A DNA stretch of 58,096 bases. It comes from Acidobacteriota bacterium. Its GTDB lineage: Bacteria; Acidobacteriota; Thermoanaerobaculia; Gp7-AA8. A program made the translations under genes and the position numbers. The stretch lies in the NCBI GenBank assembly GCA_039932995.1, contig JBDTOZ010000826.1:1-58096 (forward strand), written 5' to 3'. Below are positions 10,850 through 20,078 of this stretch, piece by piece. A model generated the notes under the pieces. That model saw only the letters and a list, made by a program, of their open reading frames with translations, had not been told where the DNA came from and did not search any database. Every line of letters begins with the position of its first letter. Position 1 is the stretch's first letter.

Positions 10850-10999
10850 GTTGCTGGTTGCTGGTTGCTGGTTGTCTGCGGTGTATCGCCAGCCGGCAAC
10901 GCCGCGGAAGTACAACGTAGCAACCAGCAACCAGCAACCAGCAACCAGCAACCAGCAACGTAGCAACGTAGCAACGTAGCAACCAGCAACCTTCAGCAA
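10850..10999. repeat. heptamer-array palindrome, GTTGCTG type
   Basis: Left arm is (GTTGCTG)x3 then GTTGTCTGCGG (10850-10881). Right arm is CCGCGG ... (CAACCAG)x5, (CAACGTAG)x3, CAACCAG (10902-10999). Confidence 0.85.
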
Positions 11000-11052
11000 C
11001 TTTTGAAACGAAAACGTGATCCGCGTCACTACAGAGCGTGGGTACCGCTTCG

Positions 11053-11391
11053 ATGAGCTTTCCTTCCCCCGACCACTCCGCCGCGGACGAGCGGTGGGGC
11101 AACCAATGGCAGGCGCGGGCGATGCGGCTGCGCTCGATCGAGCGTAGCGCGCGCACGGGCGACGTGTCGTTCGGAGCCAGGCGCTGGGCCGTGACCACGT
11201 TGCGGAGAGAGGCGGCGTTCCTCGAGCGCCGCTTCCTCCGCACCGGCGAGCCGCTCGAGGAAGGATACGGAAACTACTACCTGGCGCTCGGTCTCTTCGT
11301 GGCCGGAATGACCCGTTCCCTGAGCGTGGCCACGCGTCACGCACGGGATGAGGATCGGGCCTTTCCGCACTCATTGATCTTCCTTTCTTGA
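11053..11391 (+). CDS. hypothetical protein (weak call)
   Basis: G/C-rich third codon positions and mixed amino-acid composition. No recognisable motif. The competing antisense ORF is Arg-rich. Confidence 0.3.
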   Translation: MSFPSPDHSAADERWGNQWQARAMRLRSIERSARTGDVSFGARRWAVTTLRREAAFLERRFLRTGEPLEEGYGNYYLALGLFVAGMTRSLSVATRHARDEDRAFPHSLIFLS

Positions 11392-11415
11392 CTCTCCCGG
11401 AACGCGGGCTAGAAT
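11388..11415 (+). promoter_or_regulatory. candidate sigma70-type promoter of the nuo operon
   Basis: TTGACT (11388-11393), 16-nt spacer, TAGAAT (11410-11415). The ATG at 11414 lies inside the -10 box, which argues for the nuoA start at 11447. Confidence 0.5.
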
Positions 11416-11446
11416 GGCCGCGGTCTCCAAGTCAGGCGAGCGAAGA

Positions 11447-11806
11447 ATGGCAAACTACTCAGTGCTGCTGGTAGCCGTGCTCATCGTATTGTCGGTCCCG
11501 GTGTTGACTCTGTTCGTCCTTGCGCCCCTGGTCCGCGCTTCGGTCCGAAACAAGGTCAAGCTCGAGCCCTACGAGTGCGGTGTGGCCCCCACGTCCCTTG
11601 CATTCGACCACCGTTTTTCGGTGCGGTACTTCCTCATTGCCGTCCTCTTCATCGTCTTCGATGTCGAGACAGTCTTCCTCTTCCCCTGGGCAATCCGGTT
11701 CAAACAGCTCGGCTGGCTCGGAGCCGCCGAGATGGCAGTGTTCCTGGCGATTCTCCTGGTCGGCTATTACTACGCCTGGAAGCGGAAGGTTCTCACATGG
11801 GTCTGA
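11447..11806 (+). CDS. nuoA: NADH-quinone oxidoreductase subunit A
   Basis: [16 protein letters not shown]..., YECG, FDVE..FLFPW motifs. The ORF is open from 11414, but that start overlaps the predicted -10 box. Confidence 0.85.
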   Translation: MANYSVLLVAVLIVLSVPVLTLFVLAPLVRASVRNKVKLEPYECGVAPTSLAFDHRFSVRYFLIAVLFIVFDVETVFLFPWAIRFKQLGWLGAAEMAVFLAILLVGYYYAWKRKVLTWV

Positions 11807-12816
11807 TCGAGAACCGCTTCGAACCGAACGTTCTCACGACGACCGTCGACAAGTTTTTCAATTGGGCCCGCAAATCGTCGTTGTGGCCGATGCAGTTCGG
11901 TCTGGCCTGCTGTGCCATCGAGATGATGGCGGTTCTGGATCCCCGGCATGACATGGCCCGGTTCGGGGCCGAGGTCTTTCGCGCCACTCCACGCCAAGCG
12001 GACCTGATGATCGTCTCCGGCACGGTCACCGAGAAGATGGCCCCGATCGTCCGCCGCCTGTGGGATCAGATGCCCGATCCGAAGTGGGTGATCGCCATGG
12101 GCTCCTGTGCGACCTGCGGCGGTCCCTATGACACGTACGCCGTCACGCAGGGAGTCGATCGTCTCATCCCGGTGGATGTCTACATCCCTGGTTGTCCTCC
12201 CCGCCCCGAAGCGTTGATCTGGGGCCTCATGGAGCTGCAGAAGAAGATCGAGAAGATGCACATCCTCCGCAAGGGGGGAGAGGCGTACGACTTCGCTCGC
12301 GCCGCGGTGCGCGATTCGCTTCGTCCGGTCCATGAGGGGCCGGCGCTCCGCGCCGAGCAGGCGGCGCAGCTCAAGCCTGCTCCGATCTCGGGAGTGAAGC
12401 GCGCTCCGTCGGTTCCGGCCCCACCGAAACCGGTCCGTCCGGTGGCCGAGGCTGCGGCTCCGGTGGAAGGGGACGTCACGCAGGCGGACATCGAGCAGGC
12501 GGCCGCGCCTGAGCTGGTGCCGGGGGACGGCTCGGATGGTGCGTCGCCCACGGCGCCGTTCCACCGCGAAGATCTGATGCTCGTCGAGCGCATGCAGCTC
12601 GCCAACGAGATGGGCGGCAAGTTGGAGACGAAGTTGTTCGCGGCCATGGCGCAGACCGACTGCGGAGCCTGCGGCTGGGATTGCGAAGGCTACGCAAACG
12701 CCATCGCCACCGGGGAGACCGACGACATCTCATTGTGCGTCCCCGGCGAGACGGAGACGCTGGACATGCTCAAACTGTTGATGGAGGAGGCCGGGAAGCC
12801 GTTCACGGGCGCGTAA
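11797..12816 (+). CDS. nuoB: NADH-quinone oxidoreductase subunit B fused to a C-terminal RnfB-type 4-Cys Fe-S domain
   Basis: Canonical N2-cluster motifs [18 protein letters not shown] and GCPPRPE lie in residues 1-155. A Pro/Ala-rich linker follows, then [34 protein letters not shown]. The start overlaps the nuoA end. Confidence 0.9.
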   Translation: MGLIENRFEPNVLTTTVDKFFNWARKSSLWPMQFGLACCAIEMMAVLDPRHDMARFGAEVFRATPRQADLMIVSGTVTEKMAPIVRRLWDQMPDPKWVIAMGSCATCGGPYDTYAVTQGVDRLIPVDVYIPGCPPRPEALIWGLMELQKKIEKMHILRKGGEAYDFARAAVRDSLRPVHEGPALRAEQAAQLKPAPISGVKRAPSVPAPPKPVRPVAEAAAPVEGDVTQADIEQAAAPELVPGDGSDGASPTAPFHREDLMLVERMQLANEMGGKLETKLFAAMAQTDCGACGWDCEGYANAIATGETDDISLCVPGETETLDMLKLLMEEAGKPFTGA

Positions 12817-12822
12817 GAGTCT

Positions 12823-13009
12823 GTTGCTGGTTGCTGGTTGCTGGTTGTCCGCGGGCCGTCGCTGAGCGATGGTCTTTCGGAGAACCGGCAACCGGGAACC
12901 TGCAAGTGAAGGTCGCAGGTTCCCCGTTCCTGTTTGCTGGGTGTTGGTTTCTCCGAGCGGATCGCTTGCGCGATCGGCCGCGGACAACCAGCAACCAGGA
13001 ACCAGCAAC
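12823..13009. repeat. nested heptamer-array palindrome filling the nuoB-nuoC spacer
   Basis: Outer arms 12823-12854 and 12978-13009 are complementary at 31/32 positions. An inner imperfect hairpin spans 12879-12903 / 12915-12954. The left arm differs by 1 nt from 10850-10881. Confidence 0.9.
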
Positions 13010-13012
13010 CGA

Positions 13013-13783
13013 ATGTCAGAGCAACCACCGCCAGGCCCGACTCCTCCTCCCGTCGCGCCGCCCGCGCCCGCGGGCCGGACCGTCGACGACATGAAGCGCG
13101 ACCCACTCGTGGCCGCGGCGGTCTCGCGCGCCGGCGAGGCCGTCCTCGATGCCCGCGAGATGGTGGGGGAGTTGACGCTCTTCATCGAGTGTGACCGGAT
13201 CGCGGAGGTCTGTCGCGTCTTCAAGGACTCCGGATTCGTCTATCTGGTCGACCTCTGCGGCGTGGACTACTCGCAGTTCCCGAATCACACCGGTCCGCGC
13301 TTCACCGTGGTCTACACGCTCTACTCTTTTCAAAAGAACGCGCGCGTGCGTCTCCGCGTCTGGACCGACGGCACCGTCCCGTCGGTGACCTCGGTCTGGA
13401 AGACCGCGAACTGGCATGAGCGCGAGACCTTCGACATGCTGGGCATCGACTTCACCGGTCACCCGAACCTCGAGCGCATCCTCATGTGGGATGGCTTCAA
13501 TGGTCATCCACTGCGCAAAGACTTTCCGGTGCGCGGCATCGACACCGGCGCGCGCATCTATCCCGAGGTCTTCCCACCGGGTGGCGGCCCAAAGGCGGGA
13601 TCGACGGGCAAGGACGTGAAGGACGTGAACGTCTACAAGGGCGAGTGGAAGCGCTACGGGCAATGGCCGGTCGCGCAGATCGGCGGCGGAGCTCCGGCCG
13701 CGAAACCGGCCGCACCGAAACCGGTGGCCAAACCGGTCGTCGCCGCGGCGCCTGTCGAAGCTCCGCCCGAGGAGGAAGCGTGA
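13013..13783 (+). CDS. nuoC: NADH-quinone oxidoreductase subunit C with Pro/Ala-rich N- and C-terminal extensions
   Basis: NWHERE.FDM.GI.F.GHP..RIL core motif. Alternative start ATG at 13091 (MKRDPLV). Confidence 0.85.
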   Translation: MSEQPPPGPTPPPVAPPAPAGRTVDDMKRDPLVAAAVSRAGEAVLDAREMVGELTLFIECDRIAEVCRVFKDSGFVYLVDLCGVDYSQFPNHTGPRFTVVYTLYSFQKNARVRLRVWTDGTVPSVTSVWKTANWHERETFDMLGIDFTGHPNLERILMWDGFNGHPLRKDFPVRGIDTGARIYPEVFPPGGGPKAGSTGKDVKDVNVYKGEWKRYGQWPVAQIGGGAPAAKPAAPKPVAKPVVAAAPVEAPPEEEA

Positions 13784-13802
13784 TGTTGCCGCCGACGCTC
13801 CC

Positions 13803-13830
13803 GGCAACCGCCAACCACCAACCGCCAGCA
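13803..13830. repeat. one-armed heptamer array (GGCAACC GCCAACC ACCAACC GCCAGCA) in the nuoC-nuoD spacer
   Basis: 7-nt periodicity read directly. No clear complementary arm nearby. Confidence 0.5.
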
Positions 13831-13888
13831 GGCGAGGCATCTCTCCTGCCGGCTGCCAACTGCGACCTGCCGAGCGCGGAGGTGGGGA

Positions 13889-15004
13889 ATGTTTGACGTC
13901 CATGAGATGGAGGTCAACTTCGGGCCGCAGCACCCGTCGACCCATGGCGTGCTGCGCGTCATCCTCAGGATCGACGGCGAGCGGATCATCGACGCCAAAC
14001 CGATCATCGGCTATCTCCATCGCGGCACCGAGAAGCTCTTCGAGCACATGGCCTATCCGCAGTGCATTCCGCACACGGACCGCATGGACTACGTGGCCTC
14101 GGCCACCAACAATCTGGGGTTCGTCGAGACCGTCGAGAAACTGCTCGGCGTCACGCACCTGATTCCCCGCCGCGCGCAGATCCTGCGCGTGATCCTGTCC
14201 GAGCTGCAGCGCATCTCCTCACACCTGCTCTGGCTGGCCACGCACGCCATCGACCTCGGTGCGATGACGCCGTTCTTCTACACCTTCCGCGAGCGCGAGC
14301 AGGTCCTGGACTTTTTCGAGTCCTACTGTGGTGCCCGTCTGACGCTGAACTGCATGCGCATCGGGGGCATGCCCGAAGACATTCCGCCGCGCTGGCTCGA
14401 GGACATCGAAGCCTTCATCGACAAGTTCGAGGACGCCATCGACGAGTACGAGTCGCTGCTGACGAACAACCGCATCTGGAAGAAACGCACCATCGGCATC
14501 GGCGTGCTCTCTCCCGAAGACGCGATCGACTGGGGCATCACCGGACCGCCGCTGCGCGGGAGCGGCGTGGAGTGGGATCTCCGCCGGGCCCAACCCTACG
14601 AGATCTACCCCGAGCTCGAGTTCGAGGTCCCTATCGGGAAGAACGGCGACACCTACGATCGCTACCTCGTACGCATGGCCGAGATGCGCCAGTCGCGGCG
14701 CATTCTCAAGCAGTGCATTCCCCTCATCAAAGCCACGCCGGTGGGGGATCTGAAAGCCAAGATCTCCAAAGTGATCCGGCCGCCGGCAGGGGAGGTCTAT
14801 CACTCCATCGAGTCCCCGAAGGGGGAGCTGGGCTATTACATCGTCAGCGACGGCAAGACCCAGAACGCCTATCGCTGCCACGTGCGGCCCCCCTCCTTCG
14901 TGAATCTGCAGGCACTGCCCGCGCTCACCAAAGGACACCTGGTCTCGGACCTCGTGGCCCTCATTGGAACGATCGACATCGTGCTCGGCGAGGTGGACCG
15001 GTGA
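13889..15004 (+). CDS. nuoD: NADH-quinone oxidoreductase subunit D
   Basis: NFGPQHPSTHGVLR, YLHRGTEK, and C-terminal DIVLGEVDR. Confidence 0.95.
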   Translation: MFDVHEMEVNFGPQHPSTHGVLRVILRIDGERIIDAKPIIGYLHRGTEKLFEHMAYPQCIPHTDRMDYVASATNNLGFVETVEKLLGVTHLIPRRAQILRVILSELQRISSHLLWLATHAIDLGAMTPFFYTFREREQVLDFFESYCGARLTLNCMRIGGMPEDIPPRWLEDIEAFIDKFEDAIDEYESLLTNNRIWKKRTIGIGVLSPEDAIDWGITGPPLRGSGVEWDLRRAQPYEIYPELEFEVPIGKNGDTYDRYLVRMAEMRQSRRILKQCIPLIKATPVGDLKAKISKVIRPPAGEVYHSIESPKGELGYYIVSDGKTQNAYRCHVRPPSFVNLQALPALTKGHLVSDLVALIGTIDIVLGEVDR

Positions 15005-15099
15005 GGATGGGATTGAGGATTGAGGATTGTGGATTGAGGATGGGAAGAGGACGGATGGCCACGCCCATCCTCAATCCTCAATCCTCAATCCTCAATCCC
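15003..15099. repeat. heptamer-array palindrome, GGATTGA type, in the nuoD-nuoH spacer
   Basis: 15009-15044 pairs with 15064-15099 at 35/36 positions; 19-nt loop. It begins inside the nuoD stop codon and ends 20 nt before the nuoH ATG. No U-tract follows. Confidence 0.9.
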
Positions 15100-15119
15100 G
15101 TTCTCCCAGGAGAGACGCG

Positions 15120-16256
15120 ATGAGTCCCGTGATCCTGAAGTATCTCCTCTGGCCGCTGGTCAAGTTCCTGGTGGCCTTCCTGATCGTTCAGATCATCGTG
15201 GCGGCGATGAACTGGGTGGAACGGCGGCTGCTGGGCTTGTTCCAGGCCCGGCTTGGACCCAATCGCGTCGGTCCGGGCGGGCTGCTGCAGATCATCGCCG
15301 ACCCGATCAAGTTCCTGCTCAAGGAAGACATCGTTCCGTCGAGCGCAGAGCGGATTGCCTACTTTCTCGGACCGATCTGGCCACTCATCCCCGCCTTCCT
15401 GGTCTTCTGCCTGATCCCGTTCGGTCCGCCGCCGATGTTCATCGCGGCGCGCGTCAACGTCGGCCTGCTGCTGATCCTGGCCATGACCTCCACCGCTGTT
15501 TACGGGATCATCCTCGGCGGCTGGGCCTCGAACAACAAGTACTCGCTGATGGGCGGCCTGCGCTCGGCCGCACAGATGGTCTCGTACGAAGTTCCCTTCG
15601 GACTCTCCATCGTGGGCGTGCTGATGATCTGCGGCACGCTCGATCTGGTGACGATCGTCCGGTACCAGGAGACCAACGCCTGGAACTTCCTCCCGCAGAT
15701 CGTGGGCTGTTTCATCTTCTTCGTCTCGATGGTGGCGGAGAACAACCGCACGCCCTTCGACCTCCCGGAAGCGGAGTCCGAGCTGGTGGCGGGTTATCAC
15801 ACCGAGTACTCGGCGATGAAGTTCGCGTTCTTCATGCTGGCCGAGTATTCGATGATGATCGTCAACTCCTGCCTCATCGTGACGCTCTTCTTCGGGGGCT
15901 GGACGCTGGGGATGTTCGAGCTCGGTCTGACCACCGACGTCCTGGTGGGGATGGGGGTGATGGGCGGCGTCATCGGCGCGGTGATCTTCTTCGTCAAGGT
16001 GATGCTGTTCCTGCTGGTGTACGTCTGGTTCCGGGCCACGTTCCCGCGGTATCGCTTCGATCAGCTCATGGACCTCGGCTGGAAGTTCCTGATTCCCCTG
16101 GCGCTGGCGAACATCGTCGTGACCGGGGGGTTCATCCTGGCCGGTCAGGAGCGGCTGATGTACTGGATCGGCGCCGGGACCATCGCCCTCACGGCATTCT
16201 TCCTCTTCCGACCGAAACGCAAGCGCGCCCCGCAGAAGGTGGCTCATGCAAGTTGA
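15120..16256 (+). CDS. nuoH: NADH-quinone oxidoreductase subunit H
   Basis: ERRLLGLFQARLGPNRVGP, polytopic, EAESELVAGYHTEYS motif. GGAGAG RBS at 15109-15114. Confidence 0.95.
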   Translation: MSPVILKYLLWPLVKFLVAFLIVQIIVAAMNWVERRLLGLFQARLGPNRVGPGGLLQIIADPIKFLLKEDIVPSSAERIAYFLGPIWPLIPAFLVFCLIPFGPPPMFIAARVNVGLLLILAMTSTAVYGIILGGWASNNKYSLMGGLRSAAQMVSYEVPFGLSIVGVLMICGTLDLVTIVRYQETNAWNFLPQIVGCFIFFVSMVAENNRTPFDLPEAESELVAGYHTEYSAMKFAFFMLAEYSMMIVNSCLIVTLFFGGWTLGMFELGLTTDVLVGMGVMGGVIGAVIFFVKVMLFLLVYVWFRATFPRYRFDQLMDLGWKFLIPLALANIVVTGGFILAGQERLMYWIGAGTIALTAFFLFRPKRKRAPQKVAHAS

Positions 16257-16782
16257 GTATCCGAAGCCGAGGTGGACGGACAAGTTCCTGCTCCTGGACA
16301 TGCTGGAGGGGTTGAAGACCACGTTGCGTGAGCTCTTCAAGCCCAAAGTCACGATCCGTTACCCGGAAGAGCGCATGGAGCCGGCGGATCGGTTCCGGGG
16401 CATGTTCAAGTTCTCCTACGACCGCTGCATCGCCTGCAAACTGTGCGCGGTGGCCTGTCCCATCGACATCATCTACATCGACGTCCACGACGACATCATC
16501 GAAGAGGGCGGCAAGAAGAAGAAGGTCAAGGTCCTGGACCGGTATGACATCGACGTGAAGCGCTGCATGTTCTGCTCGCTTTGCGAGGAAGCCTGTCCCA
16601 CGAAGCCGAAGTCGATCTGGCTGACCACCAAGACTTACGAGCTGGCCAGCTACGACCGCAACGATCTGTACTTCAACATGCAGCAGCTCGAATACTGGGA
16701 CGACCGGCCCAAGTACACGGGATTGCCCGGCGATGACACCGGTGCGGATGACGGGAAGCTGATCGCAGGAGGCACGAAGTGA
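16246..16782 (+). CDS. nuoI: NADH-quinone oxidoreductase subunit I
   Basis: Two 4Fe-4S motifs, CIACKLCAVACP and CMFCSLCEEACP. Confidence 0.95.
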   Translation: MQVEYPKPRWTDKFLLLDMLEGLKTTLRELFKPKVTIRYPEERMEPADRFRGMFKFSYDRCIACKLCAVACPIDIIYIDVHDDIIEEGGKKKKVKVLDRYDIDVKRCMFCSLCEEACPTKPKSIWLTTKTYELASYDRNDLYFNMQQLEYWDDRPKYTGLPGDDTGADDGKLIAGGTK

Positions 16783-16793
16783 GCGATGCACGC

Positions 16794-16863
16794 GGAAGGA
16801 TGAACGATGAACGTGGGCACGCTGCCCGGCTCATCGTCCATCACTCGTCGTTCATCGTTCTCC
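16794..16863. repeat. heptamer-based palindrome (GATGAAC type) in the nuoI-nuoJ spacer
   Basis: GAACGATGAACG pairs with CGTTCATCGTTC. The right arm shows a 7-nt period (CTCATCG TCCATCA CTCGTCG TTCATCG). Confidence 0.7.
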
Positions 16864-16873
16864 ACGAACACAC

Positions 16874-17554
16874 ATGGAATCCGTAACGAGCCAGATCCCT
16901 CTCCTCGTCTTCATGGTGATCGGAACGATCGCCGTGGCTTCCGCCATTCTGGTGGTGGCCATGCGCAATCCCGTGCACTCCGCGTTGTTCCTGCTCCTGA
17001 CGTTCCTCTGCGTGGCCGTGCTGTTCGTGATGCAGTCCGCCGAGTTCGTGGCGGCCGTGCAGGTGCTCGTGTACGCGGGCGGAATCATGGTGCTGTTCCT
17101 CTTCGTGGTCATGCTCATCAATTACCGGCACCTCCCGGAGGAGGCCGTGTTGTCGAAGGTCTGGCTGGGGGGAGTGGGCGTCGGCCTGGCGGTCTTCATC
17201 CTCTTTTTCACCATGGTGCGCAACGGGGTCTACGCGGACCAGGTGCCTGACGCTTCGAAGAAGCTGGGCACCGTCACCGAGCACTACGTCACCGAGCACC
17301 CCAGCGATCCGAACAAGATGGTGCGACGCACACGCGAACGCGAGAACCGCAACTCCGAAGCGGTGGCCATGGCGCTCTACAACAAGTACCTGGTCCCCTT
17401 CGAAGTGGCCTCGCTGTTCCTGCTCGTGGCCATGATCGGCGCGATCGTGATTGGCAAACGCGAGCTCTCCGCCGAGGAAGAGGAGTCCACGCCGCAATTC
17501 ATCCTGGAGCGCGCGGAAGTGGAGAAGGAAGTGAAGGAGGCCATGAGTGCGTGA
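16874..17554 (+). CDS. nuoJ: NADH-quinone oxidoreductase subunit J
   Basis: [40 protein letters not shown]. Confidence 0.9.
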   Translation: MESVTSQIPLLVFMVIGTIAVASAILVVAMRNPVHSALFLLLTFLCVAVLFVMQSAEFVAAVQVLVYAGGIMVLFLFVVMLINYRHLPEEAVLSKVWLGGVGVGLAVFILFFTMVRNGVYADQVPDASKKLGTVTEHYVTEHPSDPNKMVRRTRERENRNSEAVAMALYNKYLVPFEVASLFLLVAMIGAIVIGKRELSAEEEESTPQFILERAEVEKEVKEAMSA

Positions 17555-17607
17555 CGTGCGCCGGATGCTCGTGGCTTCTTCGCCGGCCTTCTCCCAGGGA
17601 GGGCGGC

Positions 17608-17910
17608 ATGCCTAGCACCGCTCAATATCTGATGCTGTCGGGCACTCTGTTCGCCATTGGACTGATCGGAGTGATCGTGCGACGCAACATGATCACGGTG
17701 CTCATGTCCATCGAACTGATGCTCAACGCCGTGAACATCAACCTGGTGGCCTTCTCCCACCGCCTGGCCGACCTGGAGGGTCAGGTCTTCACGGTCTTCG
17801 TGATCACCGTGGCCGCCGGCGAAGCAGCCGTGGGCCTGGCCATCATCATCCAGTTGTACCGGCTGCGCAGCACCGTGAATGTGGACGAGGTGAAGACCCT
17901 TCATGGTTAA
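17608..17910 (+). CDS. nuoK: NADH-quinone oxidoreductase subunit K
   Basis: 100 aa from the ATG at 17608, with a GGGAGG RBS upstream. [16 protein letters not shown] and [11 protein letters not shown] motifs. Confidence 0.9.
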   Translation: MPSTAQYLMLSGTLFAIGLIGVIVRRNMITVLMSIELMLNAVNINLVAFSHRLADLEGQVFTVFVITVAAGEAAVGLAIIIQLYRLRSTVNVDEVKTLHG

Positions 17911-20062
17911 AGAAGCCCTGATCCTCGTGGTCCTGCTCCCCGCGCTCGGCGCGCTGATCAATGGTCTGCGCGCCGCCGCGAATCCGCATGCGCCGAAGAA
18001 CAAGACCGTGACCAAAGCGGTGGCGTTGGGAGCGACACTGCTCTCGGCCCTGACGGCCACAGCCGGTGTGGTCCTCCCGTACCTGGGCCAGCACCAGGCT
18101 TTGAAGTTCTCGTATTACGAGTGGATCCCCGCGGGCATGGGCTCGGTCGGCTCCGCCATTGCGAACTTCTCGGTCGAGCTGGCCTTCCGGATCGATCCGC
18201 TGTCCTGCACCATGCTCATGATCGTGACGTGGGTGGGCTTCCTCATCCACGTCTACGCCACCGGCTACATGGCCCACGAAAAGGGCTACACGCGCTTCTT
18301 CACCTACCTCAATCTGTTCATGTTCATGATGCTGCTGCTCGTCCTCGGGGCGAACTACATGGTCATGTTCGTGGGGTGGGAAGGGGTCGGGCTCTGCTCC
18401 TATCTCCTCATCGGGTTCTATTACGACAAGAACTTCGCCGCCGACGCCGGGAAGAAAGCGTTCATCACGAACCGCATCGGCGACTTCGGCTTCATCCTGG
18501 GCGTCTTCCTGATCTTCAACACCTTCGGCACCGCGGATTACGAGAAAGTGTTCGCGCTCGCTGCCAGCGGCGGGATGGCGCAGTACGGCGGGATGGCCAC
18601 GGCCATCTGCCTGCTCCTGTTCGTCGGCGCGGCCGGCAAATCCGCCCAGGTGCCGTTGTACGTGTGGCTACCCGACGCGATGGCCGGACCGACTCCCGTC
18701 TCCGCGCTCATCCACGCCGCGACGATGGTCACGGCCGGCGTCTACATGGTCGTTCGCTCCAATGTGCTGTTCCGCATGAGCGAGACCGCCTCCATGACCG
18801 TGGCCATCGTGGGCGCGGTCACGGCGATCTTCGCGGCCACGATCGGGATCGCCCAGAACGACATCAAGAAGGTCCTCGCGTACTCGACGGTATCGCAGCT
18901 GGGATTCATGTTCCTGGCCGCAGGGGTGGGCGCGTATACCGCCGCGATCTTCCACGTGATGACGCACGCCTTCTTCAAGGCCTGCCTCTTCCTCGGCGCC
19001 GGATCGGTCATTCACGGCTGCGGCGGGGAACAGGACATGCGCAAGATGGGCGGTCTGCGAAAGTACATGCCGTCCACGCACTGGACCATGGCCATCGCCA
19101 CCTACGCCATCGCCGGGCTGCCTTTCGCCGCGGGATTCATCTCCAAGGACGAGATTCTCGCCAATGCCTGGGGCTATGCGCCGGCCATCTGGACCGTCGG
19201 GGCCATTGCCGCGGGCTTCACCGCCTTCTACATGGCCCGGCTCTATTTCATGACGTTCTGGGGCACGTATCGGGGCGCACAGACCGTGGGAATCGAGCAG
19301 TCCGAGCCCGAGCACGCGGGCCACGATCTGATCCCGGACCGTCCGCACCTCGATGATGGGGACGCGCACGCCGGCAAGGCCCACGGTCACCACGCGCACT
19401 CCCATGATCCGCACGAGTCCCCGGCATCGATGACCGGCGTGCTCTGGATTCTCGCCGCGCTTTCCGTCCTGGGCGGTTTCATCGGCTGGCCCGCGGCGTT
19501 GGGCGGCTCGCATCCCACGCCCTTCCAGCGCTGGCTGGAGCCGGTGCTGTTGCCCATCGCTGGGCAGGCATTTCATTTCCACGAGGCCGCGCACTCGCTG
19601 GAATGGATCCTGATGGCCATTTCCGTGGGCATCGCGGCATTGGGCGTGCTGCTCGCGTATCGCCTCTATGTCCGCAGGCCGCCCGTTCCGGACGTCCTGG
19701 AGCCGCGTCTCGGCCCCGTGTACCACCTGCTCGCCAACAAGTATTGGGTGGACGAGCTCTATGACGCCACCGTCATCGCCGGAACGCTGGCCTTCAGCAG
19801 GATCCTCTGGTGGATCGATGCGAACATCGTGGACGGCATCGTCAACGGCGTTCGGCACGTGACGGTGATCGCACTCGGATACGGCTCCAACCTGTTCGAC
19901 CGCTATGTCATCGACGGCGCCGTGAACGGCGTGGCCGCGGGTGCCAAGGGCGGATCCATGATGTTTCGACGCATGCAGAGCGGTCTGGTGCAGAACTACG
20001 CTCTGGTGATGGGCGGTGGCATCGTCCTGATTGCACTCGTGTACCTGTTCATGAAGCCGTAA
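17903..20062 (+). CDS. nuoL: NADH-quinone oxidoreductase subunit L
   Basis: 719 aa antiporter-like subunit. [14 protein letters not shown], and a His-rich loop before the C-terminal lateral helix. Confidence 0.95.
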   Translation: MVKEALILVVLLPALGALINGLRAAANPHAPKNKTVTKAVALGATLLSALTATAGVVLPYLGQHQALKFSYYEWIPAGMGSVGSAIANFSVELAFRIDPLSCTMLMIVTWVGFLIHVYATGYMAHEKGYTRFFTYLNLFMFMMLLLVLGANYMVMFVGWEGVGLCSYLLIGFYYDKNFAADAGKKAFITNRIGDFGFILGVFLIFNTFGTADYEKVFALAASGGMAQYGGMATAICLLLFVGAAGKSAQVPLYVWLPDAMAGPTPVSALIHAATMVTAGVYMVVRSNVLFRMSETASMTVAIVGAVTAIFAATIGIAQNDIKKVLAYSTVSQLGFMFLAAGVGAYTAAIFHVMTHAFFKACLFLGAGSVIHGCGGEQDMRKMGGLRKYMPSTHWTMAIATYAIAGLPFAAGFISKDEILANAWGYAPAIWTVGAIAAGFTAFYMARLYFMTFWGTYRGAQTVGIEQSEPEHAGHDLIPDRPHLDDGDAHAGKAHGHHAHSHDPHESPASMTGVLWILAALSVLGGFIGWPAALGGSHPTPFQRWLEPVLLPIAGQAFHFHEAAHSLEWILMAISVGIAALGVLLAYRLYVRRPPVPDVLEPRLGPVYHLLANKYWVDELYDATVIAGTLAFSRILWWIDANIVDGIVNGVRHVTVIALGYGSNLFDRYVIDGAVNGVAAGAKGGSMMFRRMQSGLVQNYALVMGGGIVLIALVYLFMKP

Positions 20063-20078
20063 GGGAGAGCCAGTCGCG

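Noticed and set aside
11414-11446. ATG at 11414 as the nuoA start (track ORF 11414-11806).
   Set aside because: This ATG lies inside the predicted -10 hexamer TAGAAT (11410-11415). The start at 11447 gives a typical NuoA N-terminus beginning directly with the first TM helix.
10850-13009. Heptamer arrays considered as a CRISPR array or degenerate CRISPR.
   Set aside because: The units are 7 nt and directly abutting, with no unique spacers of 25-40 nt. The arrays are paired as inverted arms and no cas gene is in the window.
12823-16863. nuo intergenic hairpins considered as intrinsic terminators splitting nuo into several operons.
   Set aside because: None is followed by a T-run. True terminators in this window (24888, 32028, 37550, 52650) all have 5 or more T. 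No promoter-like hexamers were seen after the hairpins.
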